Origin: Nitrospirota bacterium
GTDB taxonomy: Bacteria > Nitrospirota > UBA9217
DNA: 64,000 bases
Reading direction: 5' to 3'
Assembly: GCA_963796285.1 (NCBI GenBank)
Contig: CAWCKW010000012.1
Location: 1,216,001 to 1,280,000, forward strand
Shown one piece after another: positions 10,264-20,474 of the stretch (position 1 is its first letter; every line of letters begins with the position of its first letter). The notes under the pieces are model-generated. The model worked only from the letters and a program-made list of their open reading frames with translations. It was not told the DNA's origin and did no database searches. The position numbers and the translations under genes are program-made.

Positions 10264-11058
10264 TCATTCCATTTCCAGCGAAAACCTGTCGGCCGCAGCT
10301 TCGTTCCCAAAACCCTTTTTTCCAGACATCCCGCGTTCGCTGTTTTCCATCAATGGAGAAAGTAATGAAGATGCTTGAGCAGGTAAATTTATTCTTATCG
10401 TTGTGGAGGGTGTAACCAGCCGGTTTCCCCAATGACTCTTAACCTCTGCGTCGTAAAAGGGTTGGATCACTTCCGTTCCGGTCCGATTAATCAACCTTAT
10501 AAATTCATCGGCAAGAATGGGCGATATTGCATATTGTCTATTTTCAGCTATACGAATGAATAGTAAGTTTTTGGGTTCCTTAAAAGTATCCACAAAACTA
10601 TAAAACCTGACAGCTCCAAATCTTTCCAAGGTACACGTGCCGAGCTGTGCCACAGGATAAACTATTTGCGGTGCTTCTCTGAAATAAGAAAATAAATTTT
10701 TCTTTTGTGGCACAAGCGTTTCATTCGCCAGGCTTGTCATCTCTTTAATGTCGGAAAATTTAATTTCATCGTGCAACATAAACGAGCGTATCGTTAAGCT
10801 ATCCGCTGTGATATCGTAGCAAAGCTTCTTGAAAAAAATAATCAGGTACAAATGATAAAAGATCATGAGCGAAAGAACAAGGCTACATGACAAGGTCACC
10901 GTTTTCTTGATAAAGGACATGCTGTCCAGCTGTAGAGTAAACAGTAAAATAGACAAAATGAAAAAAATAAATAAAACCGCAGTCCTCCAGACAAATAACT
11001 CAACCCCTGGCCGGTTGTTTGCAATATCGTCTTGATAAGGCTTAATGTGTGAGCTCAT
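10264..11058 (-). CDS. Hypothetical membrane protein, possible bacterial PH-like domain
   Basis: AT-rich ORF with two TM helices followed by a beta-rich region (YDITADSLTIRS...IKFSDIKE). Start chosen at MSSHIK. Confidence 0.55.
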   Translation of the reverse strand: MSSHIKPYQDDIANNRPGVELFVWRTAVLFIFFILSILLFTLQLDSMSFIKKTVTLSCSLVLSLMIFYHLYLIIFFKKLCYDITADSLTIRSFMLHDEIKFSDIKEMTSLANETLVPQKKNLFSYFREAPQIVYPVAQLGTCTLERFGAVRFYSFVDTFKEPKNLLFIRIAENRQYAISPILADEFIRLINRTGTEVIQPFYDAEVKSHWGNRLVTPSTTIRINLPAQASSLLSPLMENSERGMSGKKGFGNEAAADRFSLEME

Positions 11059-11062
11059 AGAC

Positions 11063-11362
11063 TTAAGACCCCCACAAAAAAAGCCCAAAAAGAATGAATG
11101 ACCACACTACGCACCAGAAAAAAACATCGGACATAATCACATACCTTCTGGCGGTTTTAATTGCATCTGTGCCGTAGAGCGGTTGTCTGAGGGAATCCAG
11201 GAGTGAGCCGCCCCGATTCGGGCCGGAGAAGACGTCAGGCGGAGGCCATTGTTTTGCTTCCATCACTTTTCTTGCCATCTCGATTGCCATTAATTTGGAG
11301 CTAAATGCGTACGTCACAAGAATCAGATAAAAGATCAACCAAGTAGTTATTTCGGATTTCAT
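11063..11362 (-). CDS. Small hypothetical membrane protein
   Basis: 99-aa ORF with hydrophobic ends and a GGGAG RBS. Confidence 0.55.
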   Translation of the reverse strand: MKSEITTWLIFYLILVTYAFSSKLMAIEMARKVMEAKQWPPPDVFSGPNRGGSLLDSLRQPLYGTDAIKTARRYVIMSDVFFWCVVWSFILFGLFLWGS

Positions 11363-11839
11363 GAAATCACTCCCATTGAGGAAACAAGCGCCCCCCGCAA
11401 TTTCCGAAAAACCGGTAATATTTGGGTGAAAACATTATACTTCACGCGCGAATGTACAGAAGTGCAATGAGAAATCTCACCCGCCAAGTACGAAGTTTCG
11501 GATTTGGAGGGATAAAAATTGTATAGCTTTCACGTAAACGAGTATATTTTACGAGCTACAGACGTGTCAAGGTAAAGTTATTAACGTCGTGAGGCGAGCA
11601 TCTTTGAATAGTCCTCGTCATCGCCCTGTGTGATAATTCGCTGACGCACATTCTTTTCTTCGCAAGCTCGCGCCTTCGCCTGTTCCCGGCGAAAAAATCG
11701 GCGTGTTATCGTCTCCATCAAGCAGATACTGCATAGATTACATTGCAGTGCAAGATATTTCTTGCTGCAAAAAAACGGTCCGCCTCTGCATCAAAATAAT
11801 ATTTTCATAGATAACAGTCGTTTAGCAACAATAACAATA

Positions 11840-11855
11840 TGGCATGGCTATTGCT
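11840..11855 (+). promoter_or_regulatory. sigma54 (-24/-12) promoter
   Basis: TGGCATGGCTATTGCT matches TGGCAC-N5-TTGCW, about 50 bp upstream of the MFS start. Confidence 0.8.
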
Positions 11856-11906
11856 ATAGGCATAGTCTAGACAGGATATACAAATCTTAAATATTCAGGT
11901 GCACCA

Positions 11907-13634
11907 ATGAAACCTAAAGTAGAAGCAATACGCAAAAGCATTCAGGAACGTCCCGGCTGGAGGTGGTTTCTGCTTTTCACCGTCCTGCTGGGCGCCACCA
12001 TGTCGGCCCTCGATGTCAGCATCGTCAACGTGGCTATGCCGACGCTGAAGAACACGTTCGGGGTTTCGATGGCCGTCATAGAATGGGTGGCAATGGCGTA
12101 TATGCTTACGCTGATCATTTTTCTTCCGCTGTTCGGAAGACTCGCCGATATATTCGGCAGGTCAAAGCTCTATACTATCGGCTTTGTGGTTTTCTCCGCA
12201 GGTTCGTTGTTTTGCGGCATGTCGCCCACGGCGGGATTCATGATCGCAGCCCGCATTATCCAGGCTGTCGGGGCCGGGCTTCTGCAGGCCAACTCCGTTG
12301 CCCTTATTACGCAGGCATTTCCGGCAAACGAACGGGGTAAAGCTATCGGCATCCAGGCAGCTGTCCAGGCGATAGCGATGTCAGCAGGTCCTTTTATCGG
12401 AGGCATCCTCATAGCCACGATAGGCTGGCAGGCGATCTTCTATGTGAATATCCCCATCGGGATAGTAGGGACGGTTGCCGCCCTGTTCATTCTTCCGCGC
12501 GACCGGAGAGTCGATAAGAAGGAGAACGTTGATTACCTTGGGGCAACGCTATTTGCCTCAGGGCTGGCATGTATCGTGCTGGCCTTCAACGGGGGAGTAA
12601 AGCTCGAGTCAGGCTCTTTCACGACCATCGTATTATTCATTCATGCCTGCATTCTGCTCGGCCTTTTCATCCTCACGGAATTGCGGGTTGAAAATCCTCT
12701 GATCGACCTCAAACTGTTCCGGAACCGCACGTTCCTCATCGGCAACCTGACCGGTATGCTGTCCTATTTTGTCCTGTTCGCGATCATGTTCCTGATGCCC
12801 TTTTATCTTGAAAAAGCGCTGGGCTACAGTGTCGCTCTCACCGGCTCCCTGCTGACCCCCCTTCTCCTTGCGATGGCGGTAGTGGCCCCGTTCTCAGGCC
12901 ACATCTCGGATAAATACGGTCCGAGGATAATCACAACTTCCGGGATGCTTCTTTCCGCCCTGGCATGTTTCTCGATAATGTTGATGGGAGTGTCCGTGCA
13001 CCTGCCCTTGCTGGCCGCAGTTTTGATACTCCTCGGGGTCGGCATGGGGATGTTTATTACGCCGAACAACAGCGCAGTCATAGGATCAGCCCCTCAGGAG
13101 AAACTGGGGATGGCCGGAGGAGTCCTGAACATGATGCGGTCCCTCGGGCTTATCTTCGGGGTGAACATTTCAGGACTGATATTTACTACCCTGGAGCGCA
13201 GGTACCTGTCCGACAACGGGTATCCGAATATTCAACACATATTCGGCAACACCGGCATTCCTGTGCCTGTTAAAGCCGACGCATTTATGCACGGGTTCAT
13301 GATGGTAATTATGGTCCTTATGGCAGTTACTATTTTATCGGCGCTCCTTTCGTCTGTCAGGAAAGTCAAAACAGTCGCCATTATAGATCATGAAGCAGCT
13401 GAAACGGCGCTTGTTTCATCAGGGTTCTTTAACGGCTTCAGCAGGGAAAGAAGGGGAATGTCTTTATTTATAATGCTCCTTCTCTTTGCAGGCGTCACAG
13501 GAGCTTTCGCCTCTTCCCGGTTAACGAGTGAGACCTTTGCCGCTTCGAAGACTGTGCAGAGCTTGCCTCTGACTACGGGCAATAGCTCAGACGGGCAAGG
13601 ACAAAAAGCCGGCATGCGCGAGCTGGGCCTTTGA
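11907..13634 (+). CDS. MFS transporter, DHA2 (EmrB/QacA-like, 14 TM) with a C-terminal extension
   Basis: Motifs LDVSIVNVAMP, GRLADIFGRSK, WQAIFYVNIPIG and PLIDLKLF. Confidence 0.9.
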   Translation: MKPKVEAIRKSIQERPGWRWFLLFTVLLGATMSALDVSIVNVAMPTLKNTFGVSMAVIEWVAMAYMLTLIIFLPLFGRLADIFGRSKLYTIGFVVFSAGSLFCGMSPTAGFMIAARIIQAVGAGLLQANSVALITQAFPANERGKAIGIQAAVQAIAMSAGPFIGGILIATIGWQAIFYVNIPIGIVGTVAALFILPRDRRVDKKENVDYLGATLFASGLACIVLAFNGGVKLESGSFTTIVLFIHACILLGLFILTELRVENPLIDLKLFRNRTFLIGNLTGMLSYFVLFAIMFLMPFYLEKALGYSVALTGSLLTPLLLAMAVVAPFSGHISDKYGPRIITTSGMLLSALACFSIMLMGVSVHLPLLAAVLILLGVGMGMFITPNNSAVIGSAPQEKLGMAGGVLNMMRSLGLIFGVNISGLIFTTLERRYLSDNGYPNIQHIFGNTGIPVPVKADAFMHGFMMVIMVLMAVTILSALLSSVRKVKTVAIIDHEAAETALVSSGFFNGFSRERRGMSLFIMLLLFAGVTGAFASSRLTSETFAASKTVQSLPLTTGNSSDGQGQKAGMRELGL

Positions 13635-13899
13635 TCTTTTCACCAATGTCAATTAAGGAAATAGGATTCAAGTCTCTAAAATTACATACAACAGGAGGTT
13701 ATCTGATAATGAGCAGTTCATAGTTACCTTATCCGTTATTTTCTTTGCATCCGTTTCTTTTCGGGATAGACACAAATCGCTTCGTTACTCCGTTATGCAT
13801 CAGGCGCAACGGTTCAGTTCCGGGTGCGAGCGCTTCAAATCGGCTTTGCCGAGTACTATTTGAATCACAAATTAAAAATTATTCCATGGAGGTGGAGTT

Positions 13900-14670
13900 A
13901 TGGCAGCAAGCTGGCTGTTTTTACTGACCTGTAGCTTAAGCGGTGCTTTTTTATCGAGTCTTTTGGGAATAGGGGGCGCCATATTCATTATCCCTATTAT
14001 CCTGTTTTTTCAAAAGAGCGTAGGTTTGAATCTTGAAATGCATCAAATAAGCTCTCTTACCACTCTTTTCGTCTTTGTCGCGGGCGTCGTCGGTTTTTGG
14101 GCCCATGGCAGGCACTATAAGATAGAAAAAAAGCTTGTCCTCATAACCGGCAGTTGCGCGTCCATCGGGGCGCTCGCAGGAGGGATGGTGCAATTCTATC
14201 TGCCGCATAATGTGATTTTAATAACCTTCGTCGCTCTGTTGTTCCTTATCGGCGGTTTGATGATTTGGCCCATCAAGAATGAGAATACAGAGATGCCCGA
14301 TTATTCATTGATGAAAGCGGCTTTGGGTTGTGTGACTGGAGGGTTTTTGGCGGGCATGGTGGGCATAGGGGGAGGCACGATACTTGTTCCCTTTATGATC
14401 GTTTTTCTTCGTATTCCCACCAGGCCGGCCATCTCGACCGGTCTGGCCCTGGTGATGCTCGCAGGCCTTTTTGGCTTGATCGGCCGGCTGGGACATGCTT
14501 CCTCCGTACCCTGGACTTTAGGCATCCCCCTGGTGCTCGGCATTCTGCCGGGCAGTCTGCTGGGGACCTATACCAACAAGCGGATGCCTACGGCCGTTTT
14601 ACGCAAGAGTTTTGCCGTAATGATTCTGATGCTGGCTGTCCAGCAAGTCGTAAGTATTTTCACGGCATAA
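13900..14670 (+). CDS. Sulfite exporter TauE/SafE (TSUP) family protein
   Basis: Duplicated LLGIGGAIFIIP / MVGIGGGTILVP motifs; about 8 TM. Confidence 0.88.
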   Translation: MAASWLFLLTCSLSGAFLSSLLGIGGAIFIIPIILFFQKSVGLNLEMHQISSLTTLFVFVAGVVGFWAHGRHYKIEKKLVLITGSCASIGALAGGMVQFYLPHNVILITFVALLFLIGGLMIWPIKNENTEMPDYSLMKAALGCVTGGFLAGMVGIGGGTILVPFMIVFLRIPTRPAISTGLALVMLAGLFGLIGRLGHASSVPWTLGIPLVLGILPGSLLGTYTNKRMPTAVLRKSFAVMILMLAVQQVVSIFTA

Positions 14671-14715
14671 GTTCATTAGTATTGTTTTATAATCTCTCAG
14701 GAGCTATTTGAATAA

Positions 14716-16329
14716 ATGTTAACGAACAGAAGGACTGTGACAAGACCTAACAGGATAAAAAAATTATTGGAGCATTGGCATGATTTCCGCCTGAAGCTTA
14801 TTCTTGAAGGTATTTTAACCGGGGCTCTTGCCGGCTTGGTCGTAGTTTGTTTCAGACTTATGCTGGGTTGGACGGGTGCGGAACTGCCTAAGCTGTTTTC
14901 CTTTCTGAAGTCAAGCGCCTTCGGCTGGACCGCGTTATGGTTTGCTTGCCTTATTGTTAGCGGCATGATTTTGGCCTGGCTGATCAAGATGGTCCCCATG
15001 TCCACCGGCAGCGGCATCCCCCAGGTAAAGGGCATTCTGGCGGGATTTTGGGGATTTGATTGGCTTAAAGTAATCGGGGCAAAGTTCGTCGGCGGTCTCT
15101 TGGGAATTGGGGCCGGCCTTTCCCTGGGCCGGGAAGGTCCTTCGGTGCAATTGGGGGCGGCCGCGGGTCAGGGGATCAGCCGGATTTTGAGACGCAGCAG
15201 CATGGAGGAAAAGTATTTACTTACCAGCGGGGCCAGCGCCGGGCTGTCGGCAGCCTTTAACGCCCCCCTGGCCGGGGTGATGTTTGCCCTGGAGGAACTG
15301 CATAAAAACTTTTCCCCGGTGGTGCTGGCCTCTGCCGTGGCCGCCTCGGTTACAGCGGATTTTGTCAGCCGCGTTGTTTTCGGGCAAAGCGCGGTATTTG
15401 ACTTTCACAATATTCCCGTGATGCCCTTTCATTATTACGTGTATGTTGTGGTCCTGGGTCTTATCGTCGGTGCTTTTGGGGTAGTGTTCAACTCGAGCCT
15501 GGTTAAATTTCAGATTTTTTACGAAAAACTGCCCTTGCTGCCGCAAAAATTAAAGCCGGCCATTCCTTTGGTAGTGGCCGGATTCCTGGGATTTGTCCTG
15601 CCCCAGGTGCTGGGCGGAGGCGACGGGTTGATTAATTCGTTGCCGCAAATGCATTACGCTCTCACCATGCTGCTGGTCATCCTTGTAGGTAAATTTTTAT
15701 TTACCATGTTAAGCTACGGCACCGGCGTCCCGGGCGGCATTTTTATGCCGCTTTTAGCAATCGGCGCTTTAAGCGGCAATGTGTACGGCGCACTTGTGGC
15801 CCGATATCTTCATGTCGACCCCATGTATGTCAGCAACTTCATCATCCTGGCCATGGCCGCATACTTCAGCGCCATTGTCAAGGCGCCCATTACCGGCAGC
15901 ATCTTGATCATGGAAATGACCGGCAACATGGAGCAGCTTTTACCGTTAATTACCGTCTGCATGTCCGCCTATATTGCCAGTGATGTGTTCAACGGCAAGC
16001 CTGTTTATGATGTTTTGATGAACCGGATGTTGGCGAAACGAAGACCGGCCCACAAGCCAAGCCCTCAGGAACATGATGAGGAAAAGCATATTTTAGAAAA
16101 AGTGGTCAGCCTGGGGGCGCCGGTTTGTAACAGAAAAATATGCGATATTGATTGGCCTGAGAACAGTCTTTTGGTGGGTATCAGGCGCGGGGACTCGGAG
16201 TTGATCCCGGCCCAGGACACCATTATTTATCCCGGGGATTACTTGATTGTGCTGTCCGGGACAGCGGTGTTTTCCCATGTGCACTCCACTATTGAGGAAC
16301 TGACCGGTGGAGAGAAAGTCTGTGCATAA
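14716..16329 (+). CDS. ClC H+/Cl- antiporter with C-terminal TrkA-C (RCK_C) domain
   Basis: Motifs GSGIP, GREGP, FNAPLAG and GGIFMP; C-terminal LLVGIRRGDSELIP...GDYLIV. Confidence 0.92.
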   Translation: MLTNRRTVTRPNRIKKLLEHWHDFRLKLILEGILTGALAGLVVVCFRLMLGWTGAELPKLFSFLKSSAFGWTALWFACLIVSGMILAWLIKMVPMSTGSGIPQVKGILAGFWGFDWLKVIGAKFVGGLLGIGAGLSLGREGPSVQLGAAAGQGISRILRRSSMEEKYLLTSGASAGLSAAFNAPLAGVMFALEELHKNFSPVVLASAVAASVTADFVSRVVFGQSAVFDFHNIPVMPFHYYVYVVVLGLIVGAFGVVFNSSLVKFQIFYEKLPLLPQKLKPAIPLVVAGFLGFVLPQVLGGGDGLINSLPQMHYALTMLLVILVGKFLFTMLSYGTGVPGGIFMPLLAIGALSGNVYGALVARYLHVDPMYVSNFIILAMAAYFSAIVKAPITGSILIMEMTGNMEQLLPLITVCMSAYIASDVFNGKPVYDVLMNRMLAKRRPAHKPSPQEHDEEKHILEKVVSLGAPVCNRKICDIDWPENSLLVGIRRGDSELIPAQDTIIYPGDYLIVLSGTAVFSHVHSTIEELTGGEKVCA

Positions 16330-16347
16330 ATTGATGAACACCCTATC

Positions 16348-16390
16348 CTTCCAACCCCATCCTTAAGCGGTGGGGTTGGAAGTGCGTTTT
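16348..16390 (+). terminator. Stem-loop between the ClC and CBS genes
   Basis: cttccaacccca / tggggttggaag form a 12-bp stem with a short T tail. Confidence 0.5.
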
Positions 16391-16451
16391 AAATAACAAT
16401 GTGCGGACATGCACTAAATAATAATTATAGAACGTAACCCGAAAGGCAAAG

Positions 16452-16976
16452 ATGCCTGAAACAAGTGTACGTGACATCATGATAGCTATTGACAGCTATA
16501 GCACGGTGAATGACGACGCGGACCTGGAGGAAGCGGTAAAAGTACTGCATAAATCTTTTTACCGGGACGACAAAGGGCTTATTTACGGGCACAGGTCCGT
16601 TTTGGTGATCAACAAGGCCGGGGAATTAACAGGCATACTTACCATCCAGAGCATATTGAAGGCTATAGACAGGGAATTGCCGGGCCTGGGCCTGCCCTTT
16701 GACGGCCTCCTTAGTGAGCTTACCCTAAGGCACGGGATGCTGGCTCATATACCGGTGCGGGAGGTCATGAGTCCGTTTGTGAAGACGGCAGTGAAAGACG
16801 ACGAAACCGCCGGCCAGGCCATCCACAAACTAGTGAAAAGCGAGGTCAATATTTTACCGGTGACCAGCGGGGGTAAAGTTGTTGGTATATTAAGGGCCAT
16901 TGACTTTTTGCAAAGTGTCGGCGATATATTGAGCGAAAAACAAAGAGTAATTCTTAGTTTTTTAACAGTGTCATAA
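16452..16976 (+). CDS. CBS-domain pair protein
   Basis: VRDIM...VLVINKAGELTGILT and VREVM...LPVTSGGKVVGILRAID. Confidence 0.88.
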   Translation: MPETSVRDIMIAIDSYSTVNDDADLEEAVKVLHKSFYRDDKGLIYGHRSVLVINKAGELTGILTIQSILKAIDRELPGLGLPFDGLLSELTLRHGMLAHIPVREVMSPFVKTAVKDDETAGQAIHKLVKSEVNILPVTSGGKVVGILRAIDFLQSVGDILSEKQRVILSFLTVS

Positions 16977-17248
16977 TAATATTTGCAGATTCCTCGCTTT
17001 ATCCGTCATGTCCGAGGTAACATTGTCCGCAACCGTGCCTCGCCCTCCTCTCTGATTGCTTTTAGCCTTCAGATTACAGCCAAAAAAAAGACGAAGTCAA
17101 CTTATAACTACATTTATGTCTCGGATCCACCTCTGAAAGATGGTTGCTGTGACGGCCTTCTTTGGGTTATAATAAAAAAGTTCGTCGGATTTAGTGTGTT
17201 CCGTATAGAACGGTTTTCGAGAACTCTTCAGCAGACACCGGGAGCAAC

Positions 17249-18859
17249 ATGGGCGGTATAATAAAACAGGGCGGACCATCGCTTACAGCAAAGTTTATGT
17301 TTGGATTGGGCATTATACTTCTGTGCGTCATTGCCATTCTTTCCTGGCTCACCTATGATTATCTGAAAACAATGTTCATCAATGAAGCCTATGAGAAAAC
17401 AGATATCGTGCTCGGTCATATTGATGCCACTATGGAGTATGCCCGGGATGAGCTCCGTCCCCAGATATTCCATGCCCTGCCCGGAGATGTCTTCATCAAG
17501 CAGGTCATGTCCAGCACCTTTATGAACATAGGGATCATGAAGAGGTTCAAACAGAGGTTTCCCCGCTACATTTACAAAAGGGTCTCCGTTGATCCCATGA
17601 ATCCCGCGAATAAAGCCGATGCCTTTGAAGAGAGCTATATCAGACAGTTCCAGAATGACCCGGCTTCGAAGAAAGAGTGGAAGGGCCTGGTTTCCAGGAA
17701 CGGCGAGGATTACTTTCTCCATCTTAAAGCTGTTGTCGCGGAAGAAGAGTGCCTGCTCTGTCACGGAGATCCCGCTTTATCGCCGGAGTCCATTACCCGG
17801 CATTACGGAACGGTGCATGCCCGTCACTGGAAAGTAGGCAACGTAGTGGGCCTGGAGTCGATCGCCGCGCCGGTGAGCGGCACCTTGCGCGAGTTGCGGA
17901 ATACCACTTTTTTCTTTTTCCTCATCCGAGTCACGGTCATCGGTCTGTTTTTTGTTATTATGACTTATTTTCATTACCGTATGGCGGTTAAGCCCCTGAG
18001 ACGGGTGAGCTCTTTCTTCAAGGATGTTGTGAACCGGCACCGGGGCCTTGACCTTCATTTAGACGCGCAGGACTACGGTGAAGTTTCAGACCTTGCTGAA
18101 TCCTTTAACAGGATGATGGTGCATTTGAAAAAATCGGAGGACGAAAAGGAGAAGATGGAGGAACGGGTGCTGCAGGCGGACAAACTCGCTTCCATAGGCC
18201 GGCTTGGCGCAGGTGTGGCCCACGAGATAAACAATCCGCTCAGCCTGATCCTGGGTTATACGAATATGCTGCGCAAGGAATGCCCGGATACGGGGCAGGC
18301 AAGGAAAGACCTCGATATTGTCTACAACAACGCGCAGTTGTGCAAGAAGATCGTCGAAGATCTTCTCTATTTTTCTCGCCAGACCAAGACCGACCTCATC
18401 CCTACCGACATCAATGCCGCTGTCGAATCGGTGTTGGTACCGATGGAGGAAACAATGAACTGCGGAGGGATCACCGTTATCCGCGATTATGATCCCGCGC
18501 TGCCTCATCTGCCGGCTGACGAGGATAAGCTAAAACGAATTTTCACGAACCTTCTGCTGAACGCCTTTCAGGCCATGCAGCCCGGAGGGCGCCTTACTGT
18601 CAGTACTTCGTATGACAAAGAGAGAAACGGCGTGAGGATTGTTTTTTCAGACACGGGCAGCGGCATTCCGGAGGAGATCAGGGACAAAATATTCGAACCT
18701 TTCTTTACTACAAAGCAGCCAGGAGAGGGAACAGGACTGGGCCTTGCGGTAAGCTACGGGATAGTGAAGGAGCACAAGGGGGAGCTTTCGGTCACAAGCG
18801 AGGAGGGGAAGGGCTCGTCCTTTACGCTTTGGTTCCCTCTTGCCGGAGACAAAGCATGA
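17249..18859 (+). CDS. Sensor histidine kinase with a periplasmic c-type heme (DUF3365/Tll0287-like) domain
   Basis: [12 protein letters not shown] and CLLCH heme motif between two TMs; HAMP; [11 protein letters not shown]; HATPase boxes. Confidence 0.9.
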   Translation: MGGIIKQGGPSLTAKFMFGLGIILLCVIAILSWLTYDYLKTMFINEAYEKTDIVLGHIDATMEYARDELRPQIFHALPGDVFIKQVMSSTFMNIGIMKRFKQRFPRYIYKRVSVDPMNPANKADAFEESYIRQFQNDPASKKEWKGLVSRNGEDYFLHLKAVVAEEECLLCHGDPALSPESITRHYGTVHARHWKVGNVVGLESIAAPVSGTLRELRNTTFFFFLIRVTVIGLFFVIMTYFHYRMAVKPLRRVSSFFKDVVNRHRGLDLHLDAQDYGEVSDLAESFNRMMVHLKKSEDEKEKMEERVLQADKLASIGRLGAGVAHEINNPLSLILGYTNMLRKECPDTGQARKDLDIVYNNAQLCKKIVEDLLYFSRQTKTDLIPTDINAAVESVLVPMEETMNCGGITVIRDYDPALPHLPADEDKLKRIFTNLLLNAFQAMQPGGRLTVSTSYDKERNGVRIVFSDTGSGIPEEIRDKIFEPFFTTKQPGEGTGLGLAVSYGIVKEHKGELSVTSEEGKGSSFTLWFPLAGDKA

Positions 18860-20262
18860 AACAGAAGATTCTTATTGTTGACGACAACCCGGATATGACC
18901 CGATTGCTTGAGCGGTTGATCGGAAACGCCCTGCCTGTGGCGACCCTTGCCGCGGGCAGCGCTAAGGCAGCCCTGCAGATTCTCAAGGAAGATGAAGTGC
19001 ACTGCCTTCTCGTCGACATGAAGATGCCGGGCATGGACGGCATGGAGCTCATGCGGCACATCAAGGAAAAAGACACCTCGCTCCCGGTGATAATAATGAC
19101 GGCCTACGGCGCCATCGAAACAGCCGTGGCGGCCATGAAAGACGGGGCCTATGACTTCATAACCAAGCCGTTCGAGGAGGAGCGGCTACTGCATACGGTG
19201 CGGAGGGCGTTGGAACATCAGCACCTTCTCCGAAGGAACCTGGACCTCGAAAGAAGGATCAGGGAAAAAGAGAAGGAGACGTTCTTTGTCGGAGAGTCGC
19301 CCCGGATGAAGGAACTCGTCGATACAATCAGGCTGGTTGCCGGGACGGACGTGACCGTGCTCATCACGGGCGAAACCGGGACCGGCAAGGAACTTGCGGC
19401 CCGCATGATCCACAATCTCAGCAACCGGACCGGCAAACCTTTTGTGGCGGTCAACTGTCCGGCGATCCCTGAAAACATCCTGGAAAGCGAGCTTTTCGGT
19501 TATCGCAAAGGCGCTTTTACCGGCGCCACTTCTGACCGGGAAGGGCTTTTTCAGGCGGCCCAGGGCGGGACCTTGCTCTTGGACGAGATAGGCGATATCT
19601 CCTCCTCTCTGCAGGCAAAACTCCTGAGGGTGCTGCAGGAAAGAGAACTGAAGCCGCTTGGCGATACCACAACCCGGAGGGTGGATGTAAGGGTCATAGC
19701 CGCCACAAACAGGGACCTGGAGGGCAACGTTGCCGCGGGCCTTTTCAGGTCTGACCTTTACTATCGGCTTAATGTCGTTTCGGTCAATACACCGCCGCTC
19801 AGGGACATACCGGAAGATATACCCCTCATCGCCTACCACTTTCTATCCCTGTTTTGCGACGAGCTTGGATTAGACCAGAAGAGGTTGACGGAAGAAGCGA
19901 TACAGTTGCTTGTTTCCCGCCAGTGGAAAGGCAATGCACGGGAACTTCAGAACGAGATAAAACGGGCGGTGATCTTCTCAAAAAGCGACCTGCTTGCACC
20001 GGCGGACTTCGGAAACAGCGCGGAACTGTGCACCTCACTGAACAGCGCCATTGAAACCGAAAACCTCGATTATCGGGAAGCAAAGCAAAAGGTACTCGCT
20101 GCATTTAATATTGAATATATATCAAACCTGCTGCGCCGCACGGAGGGAAATGTTTCCTTAGCCGCCCAGTCTGCCGGCGTAGAGCGCCAATCTCTCCAGC
20201 ACCTTATGAGGAAGTATGGTATTGCTTCAGCCCTGTTCAGAAAAGATGAAGAAAATAAATAA
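18856..20262 (+). CDS. sigma54-dependent response regulator (NtrC family)
   Basis: REC domain, GETGTGKE, ESELFG, GAFTGA, LDEIGD and a C-terminal HTH. Confidence 0.95.
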   Translation: MKQKILIVDDNPDMTRLLERLIGNALPVATLAAGSAKAALQILKEDEVHCLLVDMKMPGMDGMELMRHIKEKDTSLPVIIMTAYGAIETAVAAMKDGAYDFITKPFEEERLLHTVRRALEHQHLLRRNLDLERRIREKEKETFFVGESPRMKELVDTIRLVAGTDVTVLITGETGTGKELAARMIHNLSNRTGKPFVAVNCPAIPENILESELFGYRKGAFTGATSDREGLFQAAQGGTLLLDEIGDISSSLQAKLLRVLQERELKPLGDTTTRRVDVRVIAATNRDLEGNVAAGLFRSDLYYRLNVVSVNTPPLRDIPEDIPLIAYHFLSLFCDELGLDQKRLTEEAIQLLVSRQWKGNARELQNEIKRAVIFSKSDLLAPADFGNSAELCTSLNSAIETENLDYREAKQKVLAAFNIEYISNLLRRTEGNVSLAAQSAGVERQSLQHLMRKYGIASALFRKDEENK

Positions 20263-20338
20263 CAACAGCCATGAGCCGATCTCGGCTGCTCAGAACTGTA
20301 AATAGTTTACGTCATAGACCTTTTTTACAACTTGCCTT

Positions 20339-20422
20339 CCACGGATTTTCACGGAACAATCAAAAGACTCTTCTTTACTCTCTTAACAAATTCCCCATTA
20401 TCGCTTCCGTGATATTCCGTGG
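20339..20422. repeat. cacgga-type inverted repeat
   Basis: ccacggattttcacggaa pairs with ttccgtgatattccgtgg, between convergent genes. Confidence 0.6.
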
Positions 20423-20474
20423 CCTATTCTGTGGTAAAGGCGCAAATTTTTTCTCTATTCAAAATTGTGTTACC

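Noticed and set aside
14716-16329. Fluoride-specific CLC-F exporter with a fluoride riboswitch
   Set aside because: The motifs are GSGIP/GREGP (Cl-/H+ type), not GNNLI/GREGT, and I see no crcB riboswitch consensus upstream.
16983-17240. Short ORFs or structured RNA between the CBS gene and the heme kinase
   Set aside because: There is no RBS or motif support and no convincing stem structure.
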